Assembly: GCF_006345805.1 (NCBI RefSeq) | Contig: NC_042997.1 | Coordinates: forward strand, 2,046,001 to 2,110,000 | Reading direction: 5' to 3' | DNA length: 64,000 nucleotides | DNA from: Octopus sinensis | Taxonomy: Eukaryota | In this document: positions 1-14,619 of the stretch, one piece after another | Layout of the letters: the number at the start of each line of letters is the position of its first letter | Position numbering within the stretch: the first letter of the stretch is position 1 | The notes under the pieces: model-generated | The model's input: the letters and a program-made list of their open reading frames with translations, nothing else | Database searches by the model: none | What the model was told of the DNA's origin: nothing | Made by a program: the position numbers and the translations under genes

Positions 1-535
1 GAATACTGCTGCCCACTTAATAATTTATTTTCCTCAACAGGCGCTGCCCTGTTTAATATTGTACCCTGTTTAATGCTCTCAACAGGTTGGTCAGAGGGAC
101 TGCAATTTAGTCACTACATTCCTTCAGGAGACTAGCGGGGAATCTATCAGGGCCTACGGCAGAATAGTATTTGACCTCATTTATTGCTGCTATGATGTCA
201 GAGGCAGTGAAGGTTACGTCTGAGATTTTATGTTGGGAATCAACTTCGTTCGCTTCTCTTACGTCAGTATCAGTGGGATCACTAAAGACAGACCAGTATT
301 GTTTTTGCTGTATTTCTGCCATTTCTTTACCATCGTGTTGGGGAATGCCGTTATCATCAATCAATGGTCCAATGGGTGAGACAGTGGTTCCATGCATATT
401 TGCATAAGAATTGAACACTTTTGTGTTCTGTTTGATGTTTTTGATTACCCACTGTTCCTCCACAGCTCTTTGTTTTTCAATGGAGGTTTTCATGTCGGTC
501 TGCAGATGAAGTTTTCCCAACTCCAGCCTTTTCAT
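1..535 (-). pseudogene. LINE ORF2 linker / start of reverse transcriptase region
   Basis: ORF 107..535: IKQNTKVFNSYA...DGKEMAEI...YWSVFS...DVTFTASDIIAAINEVKYYSAVGPDRFPASLLKEC, typical of the CR1-group pre-RT segment. Confidence 0.8.
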
Positions 536-870
536 TGTTGTTGAATGTGGATGTTATGTGGGAATATTATAATTAGTTCATTTTATTTGAGTCTTTTGAT
601 GCGCCTGATGAGTGTTTTTTTTAATTTTTAGGGAGCAGGTTTCTGTTTGTGTTAGTGGATTTCGTAGGAGCGTGCTTTGAGCATGTATAGGTGACAATTT
701 TATCAAAGTGCTGCTATGCGGTCTCAATTTGAGTGGAACTGAGAGTAAAAGACCAGTCGATGAAAGACAGATCCTTTCTGATTGCTCATCAGTCCGCTTT
801 GTGGAAGTTTATGTTGCCAAATGAATGCCATGGAGTGGGATTGGTTGGTTTGGTTTTTATATGCCGGGGA

Positions 871-1520
871 TTAAAATTGCAGAGTACCATGTCGTGGTCT
901 GAGAGGATAGATTTTTCCAGCTGAAATACTGTGGACGAAGCTAGAGTGATTGGTTAATATTATATCCAATATCGTTTTATTCTGTCTTGTTGGCTCGAGC
1001 ACTAGCTGAGTCAGGAAAAAATTATCCATTAGATTAAAGAGTAATTCTGCTGCTGCTTTATCTGATATAGAGCCATTGCCTAACTTTAGAGTATTTGTGG
1101 GCCAGTTTATATGAGAGAGGTTAAAATCACCGATCACTAGTATGTTTCCGGATTTGTATTTTTGAAGGAAGGACTTGAATTTTTGGAGGCACTCTTCAAA
1201 GAAATTTAGAGGTGCTTCGGGAGGTCTGTAAAGACCGACAATGATTATGCCTTTGTAAAATATGTCCTTGGCATCAACTGAAAAGGAGTCATGGAGAAAG
1301 ATGTCTGTCCCCACTTTATTTCAGTCTGTGAGATCTGCACGGACGATGGAGAAATCTTTTATTTCCACCTCAGCATCCATATATTGTTGTTTAGGTGAGT
1401 TTCAGTAAGGATAAAGAAAGGGAAGCTATGTGCCGTTTCGGCAAGCCAACCCTCTACATATGGGATCTTCTATTTTTGGGAAATGATTGATGAGTTGATG
1501 CCACGTACATTTAACAGGAA
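871..1520 (-). pseudogene. LINE ORF2 apurinic-like endonuclease domain (disrupted)
   Basis: FLLNVRGIN...*...LTETHL, then ORF 871..1314 with GLYRPP, VIGDFNLSHINW, EPTRQNKTILDIILTN. One in-frame TAG at 1470-1472 plus a frameshift. Confidence 0.85.
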
Positions 1521-1899
1521 TGTCGAGGTAAGAGTAGTTTGATGTTTGCATTGTTCTTCGTTACGTTTTATGTTGTTCAGTGGTAGCAATGAGGGTAGTT
1601 TTTGTATGGAGCTGTGTGTGTATGATTTTCTAGTTGGTAGTGGGTGTGTGGTCCTTGTGATTTGCATAGATGGTTGTTGATAGCTCGTTGGATCTTCATA
1701 TTTTCTAGGTAAGTCAGTAAAAAAGAGTTGCCTCAGGGTTGCCACTTGGTCAGATAATGCATAGTTCATGTTTATGTTATTTGGTGTTATGATGTTTTCA
1801 TGTTTCTGTCCTAGTTTTTTGATTGTAGGAGGTGAAATGTGGTTGTATTTTGTTTTTGTTGTTGTCGTTCGTCTCCGTTGCTGTTTATATTTATTTTGC

Positions 1900-2575
1900 A
1901 ATCGTTTTGTGCCCTTCAGTGTTTGCATTTTGGGTTCAAGCACATCCTTAGTGACAGAGAAGTTTCGTATGCAAGAAGGTACATCCATTGCCTTTTGTGC
2001 ATCCATATTTGGGATAAGGGCCATGGACTCTGTATTTAGGACAGTATTTGGGGTGGAGGTGAGAGCAGTTTTTCCCGTTATACCATATGGACAGGTGCCC
2101 TTAACAAGTATACAACATAAGGGAGGATGGAAAAAAGTACACCGTCCCTTGTTGTTGGTGGCGCTGGGGTCAAATCTACAGTTGCCTTGAGAATGGTAAC
2201 GACAGGGTTTTTGACGTGGGCGTAGTAGAGGTATTTCTATTCTGGCAGGCTCGTTGGTCAGTGGTCCTATTGTAGTAGAACTAGCAAATTGTTGTTGTTG
2301 TTCTTGTAGCTGCAGTGAAACTTGACTTGCAACAGTAGGGCTGGTTATAATCAGGTCAGATAGTGGTGCCAAACAAGGTGCTTCCAATGTAGTAGCTGTA
2401 GCAGGCTGTTGTTGTTGTGATAGTGAGTCTTGGGTGGAATTAGGTCAGATAACGTTATCAACCAGGATATTGTTTGTTGCTGGTTAGCGGGTCGTTGAAG
2501 TGACCCCTGACCTGTTGGAGTTGGGTCATTTGGTGCACTACACCCATTAACAAGTATGGCTTCTAGTGTTGCCAT
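1900..2575 (-). pseudogene. LINE ORF1, frameshifted, with tandem CCCH zinc fingers
   Basis: CRYHSQGNCRF...CTFFH and C..LVKGTCPYG in ORF 1470..2387. A one-base shift at the T-run 2069-2073 continues as GKNCSHLHPKYCPKYRVHGPYPKYGCTKGNGCTFLH. Confidence 0.7.
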
Positions 2576-3159
2576 GTGCGTGTGTAAAATATGAAATGAT
2601 CTTGTGATTTCTTTTATTTTGTTTTCGATCTGTTTTACAGATCTGTAAAAGGATTATTTTGCAAATTTTTCAGCGATTATACATATATATATATATATAT
2701 ATACTAACTCATACATATAAGTATAGGCGTGTGGGTTTCTGTTTAAGTTTGATTTAAAATTGTTTATTTTCCAGAACATGTATTTTTCGACTGCAGGAAT
2801 GCAAGCGGTGCTATGTTATTAAGAATAAATCTTTAAATTAATTTTAATTCCAAATTGAAATATTGTATATTGAGAATATCCGATGAACAAAAAATTGAAA
2901 GAATTGTAATGTAATTTATCAAATTAAAATTTAACCAAACAAATATGAATAAGCTTACATGTATGATTCTGCTGAAATAAGGCAAACTAATAAGTATTGT
3001 AACACCTTTTCGCTCCTAATAGTACATACAATTATATATACACACGAATGTGTAGAGAGATCGGGAGAAAGAGAGAGACAGAGAGAGAGAGAGTGCGTCT
3101 GTGTGTTACGGAATGAAAAACAAGATACGCTAGCATATAAACAGACACGCACATATATA

Positions 3160-3224
3160 TAGTTAGAGAGATTATATATATATATCTATATCTATATCTA
3201 TCTATCTATCTATATCTATCTATC

Positions 3225-3255
<31 letters not shown>

Positions 3256-3475
3256 GCGGACACACACACATATGTATGTATGTATATATGCATATATATA
3301 TATATATATATATATTATTTTATATATATATATAATATATATATATATATTTATATATATATATATGTATATATAAATTCACATACTCACTCGGAAGCGT
3401 GCACGCACATACATATGTATATGCATGTGTGTACATACGTATATATATATATATATATATGTATGCGTGTATGTT

Positions 3476-3516
<41 letters not shown>

Positions 3517-3520
3517 TACA
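3160..3520. repeat. compound (TA)n/(TCTA)n/(TGTA)n microsatellite
   Basis: Directly visible repeat tract. Confidence 0.95.
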
Positions 3521-6500
3521 TATGTGCTAGAATTTTGTTTATCAAATATTTATTGTTAATCGAATATACTGATTTCTTCTTGCAGTTATTTGAGATAAGG
3601 AATGCGTAGGCAGTATAAAATTAATAACCTGCAGTTCAGTTTTATATTAAACAATGTTACTGGTCATTTTAACTTAAGTTAGTTTATTTTCAATACGTTT
3701 ATTAAGTAATGTAAATGTTTTTTAAAGAATAATACGATATGTTTTTGAAGACCCCCTAGCTGCATTTATTCCTGCGCATACTTAGAGATAAGGATTAAAT
3801 TTGACGTCACCAATTGCCCATACATCTTATTTAATTTCATTGAATCTTGGTAAGCGTGGTCAAAATTCTAAAAGGATCATGTTGGTTGATGACAGTTGTT
3901 GTAAAATGAAAGAAACTTTAATATTTTACACTATTTAAATTTAAATTAAGGACAAACTTTCTTTCCATGTGTATACATATTATATGTGTTTACTTTCCCA
4001 CTGGTAGTTTGAATTGATTGATAGTGATTTAACTGTTATATCAACATTCAGGCAAATCTTGAAGTACATATTTTCAAATCACTCAAAGATAATATTTTGA
4101 TGTTATAAACGGTTTAGAGTTCACACACTGTAGACATTTTGATTTTTAAAATATAGAAACAAATATATGCGAAGTAAATTTCATACAACTTCTGATATAG
4201 GTTATGCTGTTGATCGTATTTAATTCTAGAAATATTTTCAAATATCTGTAAAATAAATCTATGAAATATCATGGCAAAATATATAACTTAATATATCCCT
4301 CGTTCCTGTACAAGTGCTAAAATATTTCATTTTGTTAATGAAATAAAAAAAGAACATTTTATAGATGATATTGCTGGTACATAGATAACAATAGAGGCAA
4401 ACTAGAGTTTCATAGGTAATAGTGTTTACATCCATACTCTACTCAATTGCCGTTGTTTCTTATGGTAATGCATGTGGGGGTTAAAATAATAAAATAGAAT
4501 TAAAACATGTGTAACCGAAATTATATTTCTGTGTATATAATCTGGCGTATGTATCAGATTTATATGTATACGTAAACGAAATTATACCACTGGAAAGTTT
4601 CCATGTTGTGAATATTCTTAGACATCGCTATTCAAACTGTTATCCCAGGATAGTCTTTATCAGCGCAGCATGCAATATTCTACAAGAAATAAATGATACC
4701 GAAAGAAAATTCCGCGTCAACAGAAAATCGGGTATCTTCGTTATACAGAGGTGGATCTGATATTTTATTCAGATATTCGTATTGAGATTTATCATCTCTT
4801 TTCAAATCCACTGGAAATTGAAGTGGTAATCGCGGAAACAGCAATTGACAACTCAGAGATAAAATCTCTCTGTTTAATGTTACGTACAATGAAACGATGT
4901 TGGTTATGCATCAATGGGGCTTTCGGTATGTTTTTGTGTCTTATCCAAAACGTATAAATAATATATCAGTATGAAGATAGTATTATAACACCTACTTTGC
5001 CTGAATTGAAATTATATTGTAGTCAGTTCTCAAATAAACAAATTGTTGTTTAGAAACGCCATAAGAAAATTGAACGGACGATATTGCTTAAATCACGTAT
5101 GTGTTTTGAAAGCGAATTTTAAAATGAAATACGTTAAAAATTGTTCAGTCAATGAATTGAAAATAGAATTGAAATTAATAGAATTACTTAATAAAATTTG
5201 TAATCGTCTGTGTCAGAAAAATGAATGAAAAATAAATTTCTTGAACATTTCAGTCGATTAATGAGGACCTTTTGTTTCAAACATTCTATTTGCTCATGTA
5301 AGTCAGAACAGAAAATTTGCACAAACTGGCTGTTACATCTGACTGATTCTGCCTTTCACATGCGCGAAGCAGTAAGTCATTTCGATTAATATTCTCACAG
5401 AAACCCTCAGATTTTGCTCAGTCTTGTCCAGAAAGAAATGTGAAAGGAATTTATGTTGACAATAACTATTCTTTCTTTAAGATGGCTGTATTTTTCGTTC
5501 CTTATATAAAACCAATATTCATAAGACTTGCCATCGGAAAACAGTTGCTGACAAGAGATACTTGATTGCGAAAAATTGCAAGAAACATGTTTTAGCGTAG
5601 CTTGAGTATGAGACAACGTTTCTTACAATATCTAATCAAATGTTATCTAAAATTTATGGTTAAATTCTTTGATTGGTTTAGTCATGTTGAAGTAATTTCT
5701 GTATTTGGTCGTATCAATTTTTTAAACGTGTATATGAGAATGAGATATGATTTGGACTGGAAATAAGTAAAATAAGGCTTTACTTCCCATGTATAATGTT
5801 TGCCATTGTTACTTTTAGCAAAACATTCTGGTAGGAGATTAATGTATTAGAAGCCAAATCTAGGCATTTCTTTGATTCTTTCATGCATTATTACCATGTA
5901 AAATACTTCAGATGGATTTCAATAAATGTGGATACAAGGAAGGAAATTGGTTTGACATATAACGGCAAACATTGCTCACCGAATCATTAAAAGCTTGAGT
6001 TTTGGAGAAAATAGGGCCTTACCGAAGCAAGATGGAAGCATAACACAGCTATAAATATAGACATATCACGTGTCATATTCTATAGGAACTATCAAGCCTT
6101 GATAACATAACACTTTTATAAACGGTGAGCAGCAAAAAGCTTTCAGAGCTGGTTATTAATTTCCATTTTCTCTATACTCGTACATTGTACAGGAGACTGG
6201 AGAAAACATCTTTGATGTAAGATGTTTAGTAACATAAATATGACTACTTATGAAGAATGTTTACCAAGATACAAATATATAAACCTGCATTAATAACTGA
6301 TGACAACATATACCAAATAATAAATAAAACATTTATATTCGTATAGAATGCCCAACATTTGAGTGACATGCAAATATGACCACGCATTCAACATTAAAAA
6401 CTTAGACGCCATACAAAAATGTTATACATCTATGCAATGTTAAATACAGGGAAACGAAAACGAAGTGCCATTTGGAATTCCGGCCTCATATCACCAATCT

Positions 6501-6539
6501 AATACTTTTAAAGGATAATATTAACATTTTAAAAAATAA

Positions 6540-6730
6540 GTCATTAGAATACCAGTATTTCGTCCGTCTTTTCGTTCTGAGTTCAAATCCTGTCGAGGTT
6601 GACCTGGCCTTTCATCCTTTCGGGCCGATAAATTAAGTACTAGCTGAGTTTATCGATGTTTATCGAGTTTATGATTTTCTCCCTAACCTGAATTTGGTGT
6701 TCTGCATAAATTTGAAACCAATAGCAAAGG
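6540..6730 (+). mobile_element. SINE family B, partial
   Basis: gttctgagttcaaatcc..gaggttgacctggcctttcatcctttcggg.cgataaattaagtac motif shared with copies at 10.1, 29.4-30.9, 43.4 and 60.7 kb. Confidence 0.75.
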
Positions 6731-6806
6731 TTAAAAATGGTCCGGAAAACGTAACTTAAATAATGTATGTTTGTGTATGAATGGGCGGGGTATATAAATA
6801 TATATG

Positions 6807-7417
<611 letters not shown>

Positions 7418-8482
7418 TTTTGGTATGTGTGTACATGTGCGCCCTATTGGTGAACATGTGTACATTATGTGTACGTGAGTAACACATATCTCTATGAATG
7501 CTACCGCACAATTTGTGTAGATATTTTTATCACACCTCTTCTGTAGATGCCTCACAAAAGCAATGAAATCGAGGGAGAGTGAGGTATGGACAACTGAGTA
7601 AAATCTAATGTGGTTCAATAATTACTGAATATTCCAATCCGCTTGCCTTCCTTTCGGGCTACACATCAACTATATTACGCAAAATATATTTTGAAATATC
7701 AATAACTGCAGACATCTTTTCAAATTCAGTGCAAATATTTTCCCTTTACAGTCTGAGATATTAATCTTGGAGTTGATGGAAAATCATGTGGCTTTACCGA
7801 AAATCGATCAATGACAAATATGTAATAGAGGATTAAAAGCGTTTGTTATCTCATCAGTGAGGAGAATGATAAAATAGCAATTTAGTCCAAGGAAGGATAG
7901 TGATAGAATTAAAATTATATGGTGGGAGTGTAAAAGAAAGGAAAAAGCCGGGAGGTGTAAATTAGCCAGGATGAAGAAATTGTTAATTTAATCAATTTCA
8001 GGTCTTCACGGATTTACGAGGTTTTAGTCCCTAAAAATCGATATTCCCTACATCAGTAACAGCCACACATGGAAGAAATTGGCATTTCTGAAAATCCTCT
8101 AATCTGGTGTGTAAACAATAGTCTTTCATACGAAGGTTTACACCATTTCCACTTTTATGTTTAGATATTTTGTTTCCTAACTATCTTAACAGTACCGGAA
8201 TCTAAAGCTATAATCTAAAGAATTATCTTTGAAATTTCATATGTAGTAGGGTTATTCTGTAGTCTTCTTTTATCCTAGCAGTTCAATGGAACATGCGCTT
8301 AGTATAATTATAAGATTAAAGATAAACGTTGTGGTTGGTGTTCATCGATTAAGTGAGTGAAATTTTGCTGCAACGTGGCAAGTGACAAGACAAATAAATG
8401 AATACAATAAATATTTTCACGTTGTAATATATGTGTGTAGATAAATGTGAAACTAAATATGTTTCCTTTACGTTTGTATCAC

Positions 8483-8637
<155 letters not shown>

Positions 8638-10039
8638 CAGACATACACAAACACACGCATGTATGTATGCATGCATGTATATGACAAGATCTGTAGAGCG
8701 AAATAACTAGGTTCTCACCAAACACATTTCCTTATAATCCTAGTACAGTGGAAACTAAGATAGAAATTTCTTTATTATCCATAATGATTAACATAGATGG
8801 AGACAGTCAATGATTTGGGGTCATAGATGGAACTTTTTACAGTGAAATCGGGTGTATTATTCACAATGAATTCGGATGGGTTATTTACAATGAAATTATA
8901 ATGAAAAAGGAAAATGAAATTGAACAAGAACAAACAAACAAAAAGGGACAAATGAAGTCAAAAGAACAGGATAGCCGACCCCACGAGCCCTGTTATTTTA
9001 TCTGAAACCCTTTGGTAGATGATCATGGCATGTTCAAGCAGGGCCTTTCACACCTAGCATCCGTGCAACACGAATCCAAGATAGAAACCATTATAAGTAT
9101 TTAGGTTCTACAAACACATCAGCATTGACATATAATTGATTTCTGTAATAGAAGGCGATAAAATGTTCCTCTGATGACCTATTGACGTCAGACATCCAAA
9201 GACATTTGGAATAGCCAAAGATGTGTTTCAAATAAATGCTATGATAAATCGTACATAGAAACTAAATATTTATGTTAGTGTCTATCTTAATTTCCACAAC
9301 CGATTCTCTGTATATCTCAAATGGTAATACAGCCAAGTACAGTGGACAACTAACCACTATACCTGAAGCTATGTAGATGATGATGATAATCTACATGGAG
9401 CTTTAACTCATACAGTAGTAGTCATACATTTAAACGTACTTCCAAGTTATTCCTAGCATATATTTACTTAGAATCAAAAGTGAAATTTCTAAATGTCCTA
9501 AGCATAGGCGAGGAAGAAATAATTCCTCATGGATCGTTTTAACTCAGATTCATCCGGTATCCGTATTTTCAGAATGCAAGGAATGAATATATACCGAAGA
9601 AATGCAATGGAAGATTATTTCCATTCTTACAGAGTGTGACAATATTATCATTTGTAATTTAGAAGATATTTAAGGGATAATTTTTAGTTGAGCAACTCCT
9701 TCGAAAGCAGCACACGTATAATTCTCAAATCTAAGCACAAGCATGGCATTCAACTGAAGTTTTCCGGTGACGACCATTTCAAATTTCCAATAATGATGTT
9801 ACCTAGAACACTTATTATTAATCTGTGCCTACATTTTAGATGAGTCAAGATACGTTTTGAGAGCAAACCTTATCGATTGAGTCAGTGCAATTCGCATGGC
9901 TTAAAGTAGTCAGCTGGGCACTTGTAGGGTTATTTATTTACTTATTGGGATGTTTTTTTTTACTTATTGTAAAGTTTTATTGTGATGGTCAGTTTAAGTT
10001 AACCTAACACGCGGCAGTAATTTTCTAAGGGCAGTAATT

Positions 10040-10210
10040 TCAGGCAAAAGAAGTCGAATTGATAGATCCCTATGCTCAATTGGTTCTCATTTTATCGACC
10101 AGGTATCGATGAAAGGCAAAGTCGACCTCGGTAGAACTTGAACTCAGAAAATACAGACGGACAAAATTCTGCTAACATTTTGTACTAATAACTCTGTCAG
10201 CTTTCCGCTT
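10040..10210 (-). mobile_element. SINE family B, degenerate
   Basis: Reverse complement of the family-B core: atgaaaggcaaagtcgacctcgg..ttgaactcagaa. Confidence 0.7.
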
Positions 10211-10849
10211 TATGTTCTTTTATACGTCACGATGCCTTTATAAGTATACTGTCAAATAGTTATAAATAGAATTCTAATGCGACTGGCTTTCTTTGAAAAT
10301 TAAAGCCGACCAAATATTTAGTTAAAATAGTAAAGAAGTAAAAGTATCTTGACACGGAAGTAGAATAAGGCAGTTGCAAATATTTCAAGAACATTTGCAC
10401 CTAAAACAAGTAAAGCAAAAAACAACAAAAAAAACTGAATATATCTTTTACTAATCCAAATAGTGTGTGCACTATAAAAACATTACAAGTATGATTTACA
10501 ATGGAAATTGTAGTGCTGTCCTCATAATTGCATTTAACATTAGTTACGTAGATGTAATGCTAGTTTTCAAGTTTTATACTGCAGCGAAAATAGCGAAAGG
10601 AGATGGAGAACGCATTGAAAGGGACTAATATATCACCAGGCTATACAAATGATTTATCATGAATGTAAAATTCTCTACCTCTGAGAGTTGTTTCCGAACT
10701 GGTAAAATTCCTAACAACATTTGGTTGTTATTGATTTCTTAGACACACAACAAATTTCGGATTTAATAGGTGACAAGAACTGGAATGCTGAGAAAGTCAT
10801 ATTTTAGTCAGTTGTCAGTTGAGCTATAAAGTCTTAGGTATACAAACAC

Positions 10850-10929
10850 ACACGCGCACACACCAACCCATATATATATATATATGTGTGTATATATATA
10901 TATAATATATATATACACATATATATGTA

Positions 10930-11019
<90 letters not shown>

Positions 11020-11070
11020 CACATATAGATATACATATACATATATATAAATATATGTGTGTCTATGTAT
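10850..11070. repeat. (TA)n-rich microsatellite
   Basis: Directly visible. Confidence 0.95.
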
Positions 11071-11495
11071 GTGAGCGCACGGGGTGTGTGTGTCAGTGTT
11101 TATGAATTCGTTTATTTCCACATTTATATATGTATTATATATATGTATATATACGTATGTATAATTTTATATATATATATAGTATTCAAATACAAGGGTC
11201 CTTTCCTTGTTTCTGCCTGTCTCTGTCTCTCTTTTTTACTTTTGTGGAGATCTATCCCTCATATTTCTGAAACAGCTGTAAGACAACATTTCTCTTTATA
11301 AAAGTCCAAAAAATTTCACACTGCGTTGCGTTTGTTGTCTCACGTTATATAACACGTAAATGCTCAAACACAACATCACACCCTGCATTAGACCCATTAC
11401 ACATACTATTAATGAACCGGGTGTCTAACTGCCGTGCTTCCGTAGTACTTACATAGCCTCACCTGCCATTTTTTTTGTCTTCTGGATAAAAGAAC

Positions 11496-11544
<49 letters not shown>

Positions 11545-13339
11545 TTGTGTATGTGTATGTGTGTATATTAATATGTATATATGTTCGTGTGTAGGTTTCT
11601 GTATATATGTGTATATACCTATATCTATACCTACTTATTTACCAATCTATCACTTTCTTGTCTCCGACTCGTTTCTCACTCTTTCTATCTCTCTCTCTCC
11701 CTCTCTGCATAAATACATGTACATATTTGTATAGTTTATAGAAAACATTATCATAAACCCATTTCAACCAAGTTTATTGGAAAAAATAACAGCAATGTCA
11801 TTATATTGTGGTATATTACGTATAAATAATTATCATACCCTGGTTACTCGTACATATTCACAAATTTGATTCTGATAAACACACACTTTAATAAACCCAC
11901 ACTCACACACAGATATACACACACTCTCTCTCACACATACACATGCCCTCTTTCTCTCTCTCTCACACACACACACTATTTCGAAAATGATTATAGGTAA
12001 CTAGGGTTCGATCTAAATTTCAGTTCGTATTAAAGTAAAAGTATATGCAATATTTCATCGAAAATTAAAAGTATTTTAAAAGGTTCAAAGATAGCAACTA
12101 GAGTATCACAGTTTACACAAAGTACCGCTCACATTTTCCACCACGACATCAAGACGACACGTTACCTACCGATTGTGTTCCTAAATATATTCCTGGGAAG
12201 AACTTCGAAACCATTTGATTTTGGCCACCAGTTCGGCCTTTCTCAATCACGCCCCATTCAAAGTAGGAGACAAGAAATTGGGAAACCCTTTTTTACTCTT
12301 TGTAGGGGCGCTGCAAAGTGTCAAAACTTGCTGCCACACCTATATCCTTCAAACGGCAACACTTTCCAGTAGCAACCGTTACCAGCAGCTTCACATAGCC
12401 GTCACAACCGGAGGTAAAATCTTGTTCAGAGATTTTGCATTAATTTCACCGTGCGTACTTGTCTTCTTTGTTGCTTTGCATCTCATCACGTGTTACAGTT
12501 CAATTTTCTTTTTTCAATTCTGATCGCATGTGTATTTGATATTTTTATTAAACGGTGTTTTATTATAGGTGTATTACATTTTATTTGATGCATTTATTTT
12601 ACTTTGGATTCCATATTCTTTTTATCTTCGTATGCTTAATTTCATTGCTTATATGAGAAATTTTTTAATCATGTCCTATCTTATCCTTATGTAAACGAAC
12701 AGCACCCCAAAATTATGAAATGTATCTTGTTACTGATCAGCTCCCTTAAATTAAACCTCTTTGGAAACAATAACAAAAAAATATACAATATCATGTATGA
12801 TATTTTAAGTACACACATCAAACAAATTCATTTACAGAATTATCTAGAATTACGGTGGAGAAGACACGTTCCGTTCACGATCTGCTTACTCTCACAAAAC
12901 GTCACACGCACGCGCGAGCGCATATGCACTGGCATATCTGCATGCATCTAGTGTGTGTATTTGTGTGTGTGTGTGTGTATGCGTGCATGTGTGTGTGTTT
13001 GTGTCTTTGTATGAACGTGTGTAATACAATATGTATTTCCCAAAGTAAATCTGGACAATTATGCAAATGAATTTCGTTGAAATTTAATTAAGGAAATTTT
13101 ATGGCGATTGCATTTCACCAAAATGAATATAGAATACACGCTAGCCTACATACAAAGAAACTTCCAACTCTAGGAAATTTGAAATTAACATAAAATAAAT
13201 GAAAAAATAAAATATTAAAATGCGCCCAACCCTTTCCGAGAGTCCCAGAATGTTATCATAGTTCACTTACACTACACGATAGTGATTAAAATGAGTCGTA
13301 CCAAAACACACACAGTGATATGTACATGTGTGTATAAAG

Positions 13340-13415
<76 letters not shown>

Positions 13416-14619
13416 TATACATTTTTATATGTATATGTATGTATGTATGTACGTATATATATATGTGTGTGTGTATGTGTGGTGTGTTTATCTATATACA
13501 CGACTTGAGTTTAACGAACTCATGGAAGGATGAATGGCAAAGTCCACTATGCTAGAATATGACCATGCACAAAATAAGTACAGCACTATATAATGGGAAT
13601 TAACGTGTAGACTGTCGTAATGTTCGCTGCCAAACTCTACTATAGAGACCATTAAGACGATGAAATAAACTGGAAAGGTATGAGATAGTATTAGATCATT
13701 ACAAATGCAATTACTTAAAGCAATAAGCTGGACATAATATTATGTGCAGTGAAAATTTAATTTCACTGTAAAATAAGGAACTGTATTTGTTGCAATGTAG
13801 TATCGTTGGAATCTAACTCGTCCTTTCAGTAAGTAATAAACAAGTTCTAGCCTTACAACGTATGTTTAATTAACGTTTTCGTGAAGATATATATTTCCAC
13901 TGCTAACTACAAATAATAGTTTATAACGTCGCTAAATCGAGTTGACCGTATTATTTACTTTTCTTCAATAATTTCATTACAGGATGCGAGAAGTTATCGA
14001 CTTCCTACAAGTTAAGTTAATAAAACTCGTTTAATCATAAAAACCAAACGTGATTTAATAAAACTTTGCGCACATTTTTTGATAAGATGTCTAAAAAGAA
14101 TACTTTATGATTCCATTTTCAACTACGATGACCGCTTCCATTGAGAACCAAAATCGTTGGCATACCTGCACTAAATGATGCCTTCATACTGGACACCACC
14201 TAAAAGCCTCTGAATTTTAGTAAATCTACGGCGCTGTGATTGTATTGATATATCTCTTTTTCTAGAAGGTTCCATACGAACTGACCAATTAGATTTAAAT
14301 TCTGCATGTTTAGAAGTCACAAGTTTGTTGAATAATGGCTGTCATTTATTCTTGGGTCAAGTGGGCTGAGTTCTATCAAAGAAAGTTTGGCGTTCCTCTG
14401 CAACCTTCATCTAACGAGGACGTAACTTACTGGAAACTAAGTGGTCATCACTCTAGAGAAAACAAAACAATATTTACAAAACTCTATCACATCTCTTGCT
14501 AGACTTCTAGTCTTAGTTAAAGGAGTGTTTCCTCATCAGAAAAGAACCAAAGCGTGGATTGTTCGTGAGCATTTAAAAACCTGTTAAGCAATCATTCAGC
14601 ATGGATCTAGCGTTTCTCT

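Larger units (their letters stand above)
1..2680 (-). mobile_element. CR1-group (APE-type) LINE, 5' half, running off the window start
   Basis: Ordered 5'UTR, ORF1 (ATG at 2575), APE endonuclease (NVRG, ETHL, GLYRPP, GDFNL, EPTRQ..ILDIILTN) and pre-RT region (SAVGPDRFPASLLKEC). The 5' end abuts a (TA)n tract. Confidence 0.88.

Noticed and set aside
3280-3609. YI/IY-rich and similar ORFs (also at 6.7-7.6, 10.8, 27.6, 34.7, 44.4, 57.3, 62 kb)
   Set aside because: Translations of microsatellites.
9740-9805. GNIIIGNLKWSSPENFS* resembling kinase subdomain VIII
   Set aside because: A stop follows immediately and no other kinase subdomains are nearby.
14528-14590. Resemblance to a 28S segment (ttcctcatca..accaaagcgtggattgttc gtgagc) on the plus strand
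   Set aside because: Too short, needs two deletions to align, and is opposite in orientation to the 18S fragment; cannot be told apart from chance.
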